Assembly (NCBI GenBank): GCA_021817785.1
Contig: JAKAFY010000005.1
Span: 553 to 64,552 of the forward strand
Source of the DNA: a bacterium
GTDB taxonomy: Bacteria > Patescibacteriota > Microgenomatia > UBA10105 > UBA927
Direction of reading: 5' to 3'
DNA length: 64,000 nt
Below are more model-generated notes on this DNA. The model ran no database searches, was not told the origin of the DNA, and was given only the letters and a program-made list of their open reading frames with translations. Numbering within the stretch: the first letter of the stretch is position 1. The DNA is not shown here.

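Noticed and set aside
28000-64000. Dozens of 60-150-aa minus-strand and off-frame + ORFs across 28-64 kb
   Set aside because: All overlap the continuous frame-0 ORF. Their translations are low-complexity (R/S/A/P-rich) shadow products.

Overview
Likely bacterial genome fragment (GC about 48-50%); the gene content is suggestive of a reduced-genome lineage such as CPR/Patescibacteria, but this is not proven. In order, the window holds: the 3' end of an rRNA operon (23S tail, 5S, terminator); a block of housekeeping and DNA-repair genes (AlkZ/YcaQ-like glycosylase, TrmB-like regulator, rhodanese-MBL fusion, rpsA, radA, PIN/TRAM protein); a cell-envelope glycosylation cluster (HAD hydrolase, GT4, SAM-methyltransferase, three GT39/GT-C-like polytopic membrane proteins, a DUF2298-like membrane protein, an FAD oxidoreductase); rho carrying an RGG-rich N-terminal extension followed by a 16-nt tandem repeat; a LysM/M23 peptidase; and two adjacent tRNA-Ala genes. 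From 28071 to the end of the window (>=35.9 kb) there is a single uninterrupted + strand reading frame. I checked the frame by hand at positions 35280, 45900, 52140, 60000 and 63960; the nearest upstream in-frame stop is at 27885 and there is no stop before 64000. This encodes the N-terminal >=11,976 aa of a giant multidomain protein that runs off the window. Reading the translation by eye, it has an N-terminal hydrophobic anchor, a Cys-rich and Pro/Thr-rich region, SNF2-like ATPase motifs (MGLGKT ... DEGH), a Gly/Asn/Thr low-complexity linker, a mid-protein transmembrane bundle, three FHA-like segments, two HExxH...E metallopeptidase-like modules, protein-kinase-like motifs, an alpha/beta-hydrolase Ser-Asp-His arrangement, a methyltransferase-like motif and near-identical internal duplications. 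This giant gene is the most unusual object in the window. Every domain call inside it is motif-level pattern recognition from the translated sequence and needs HMM or structure confirmation.
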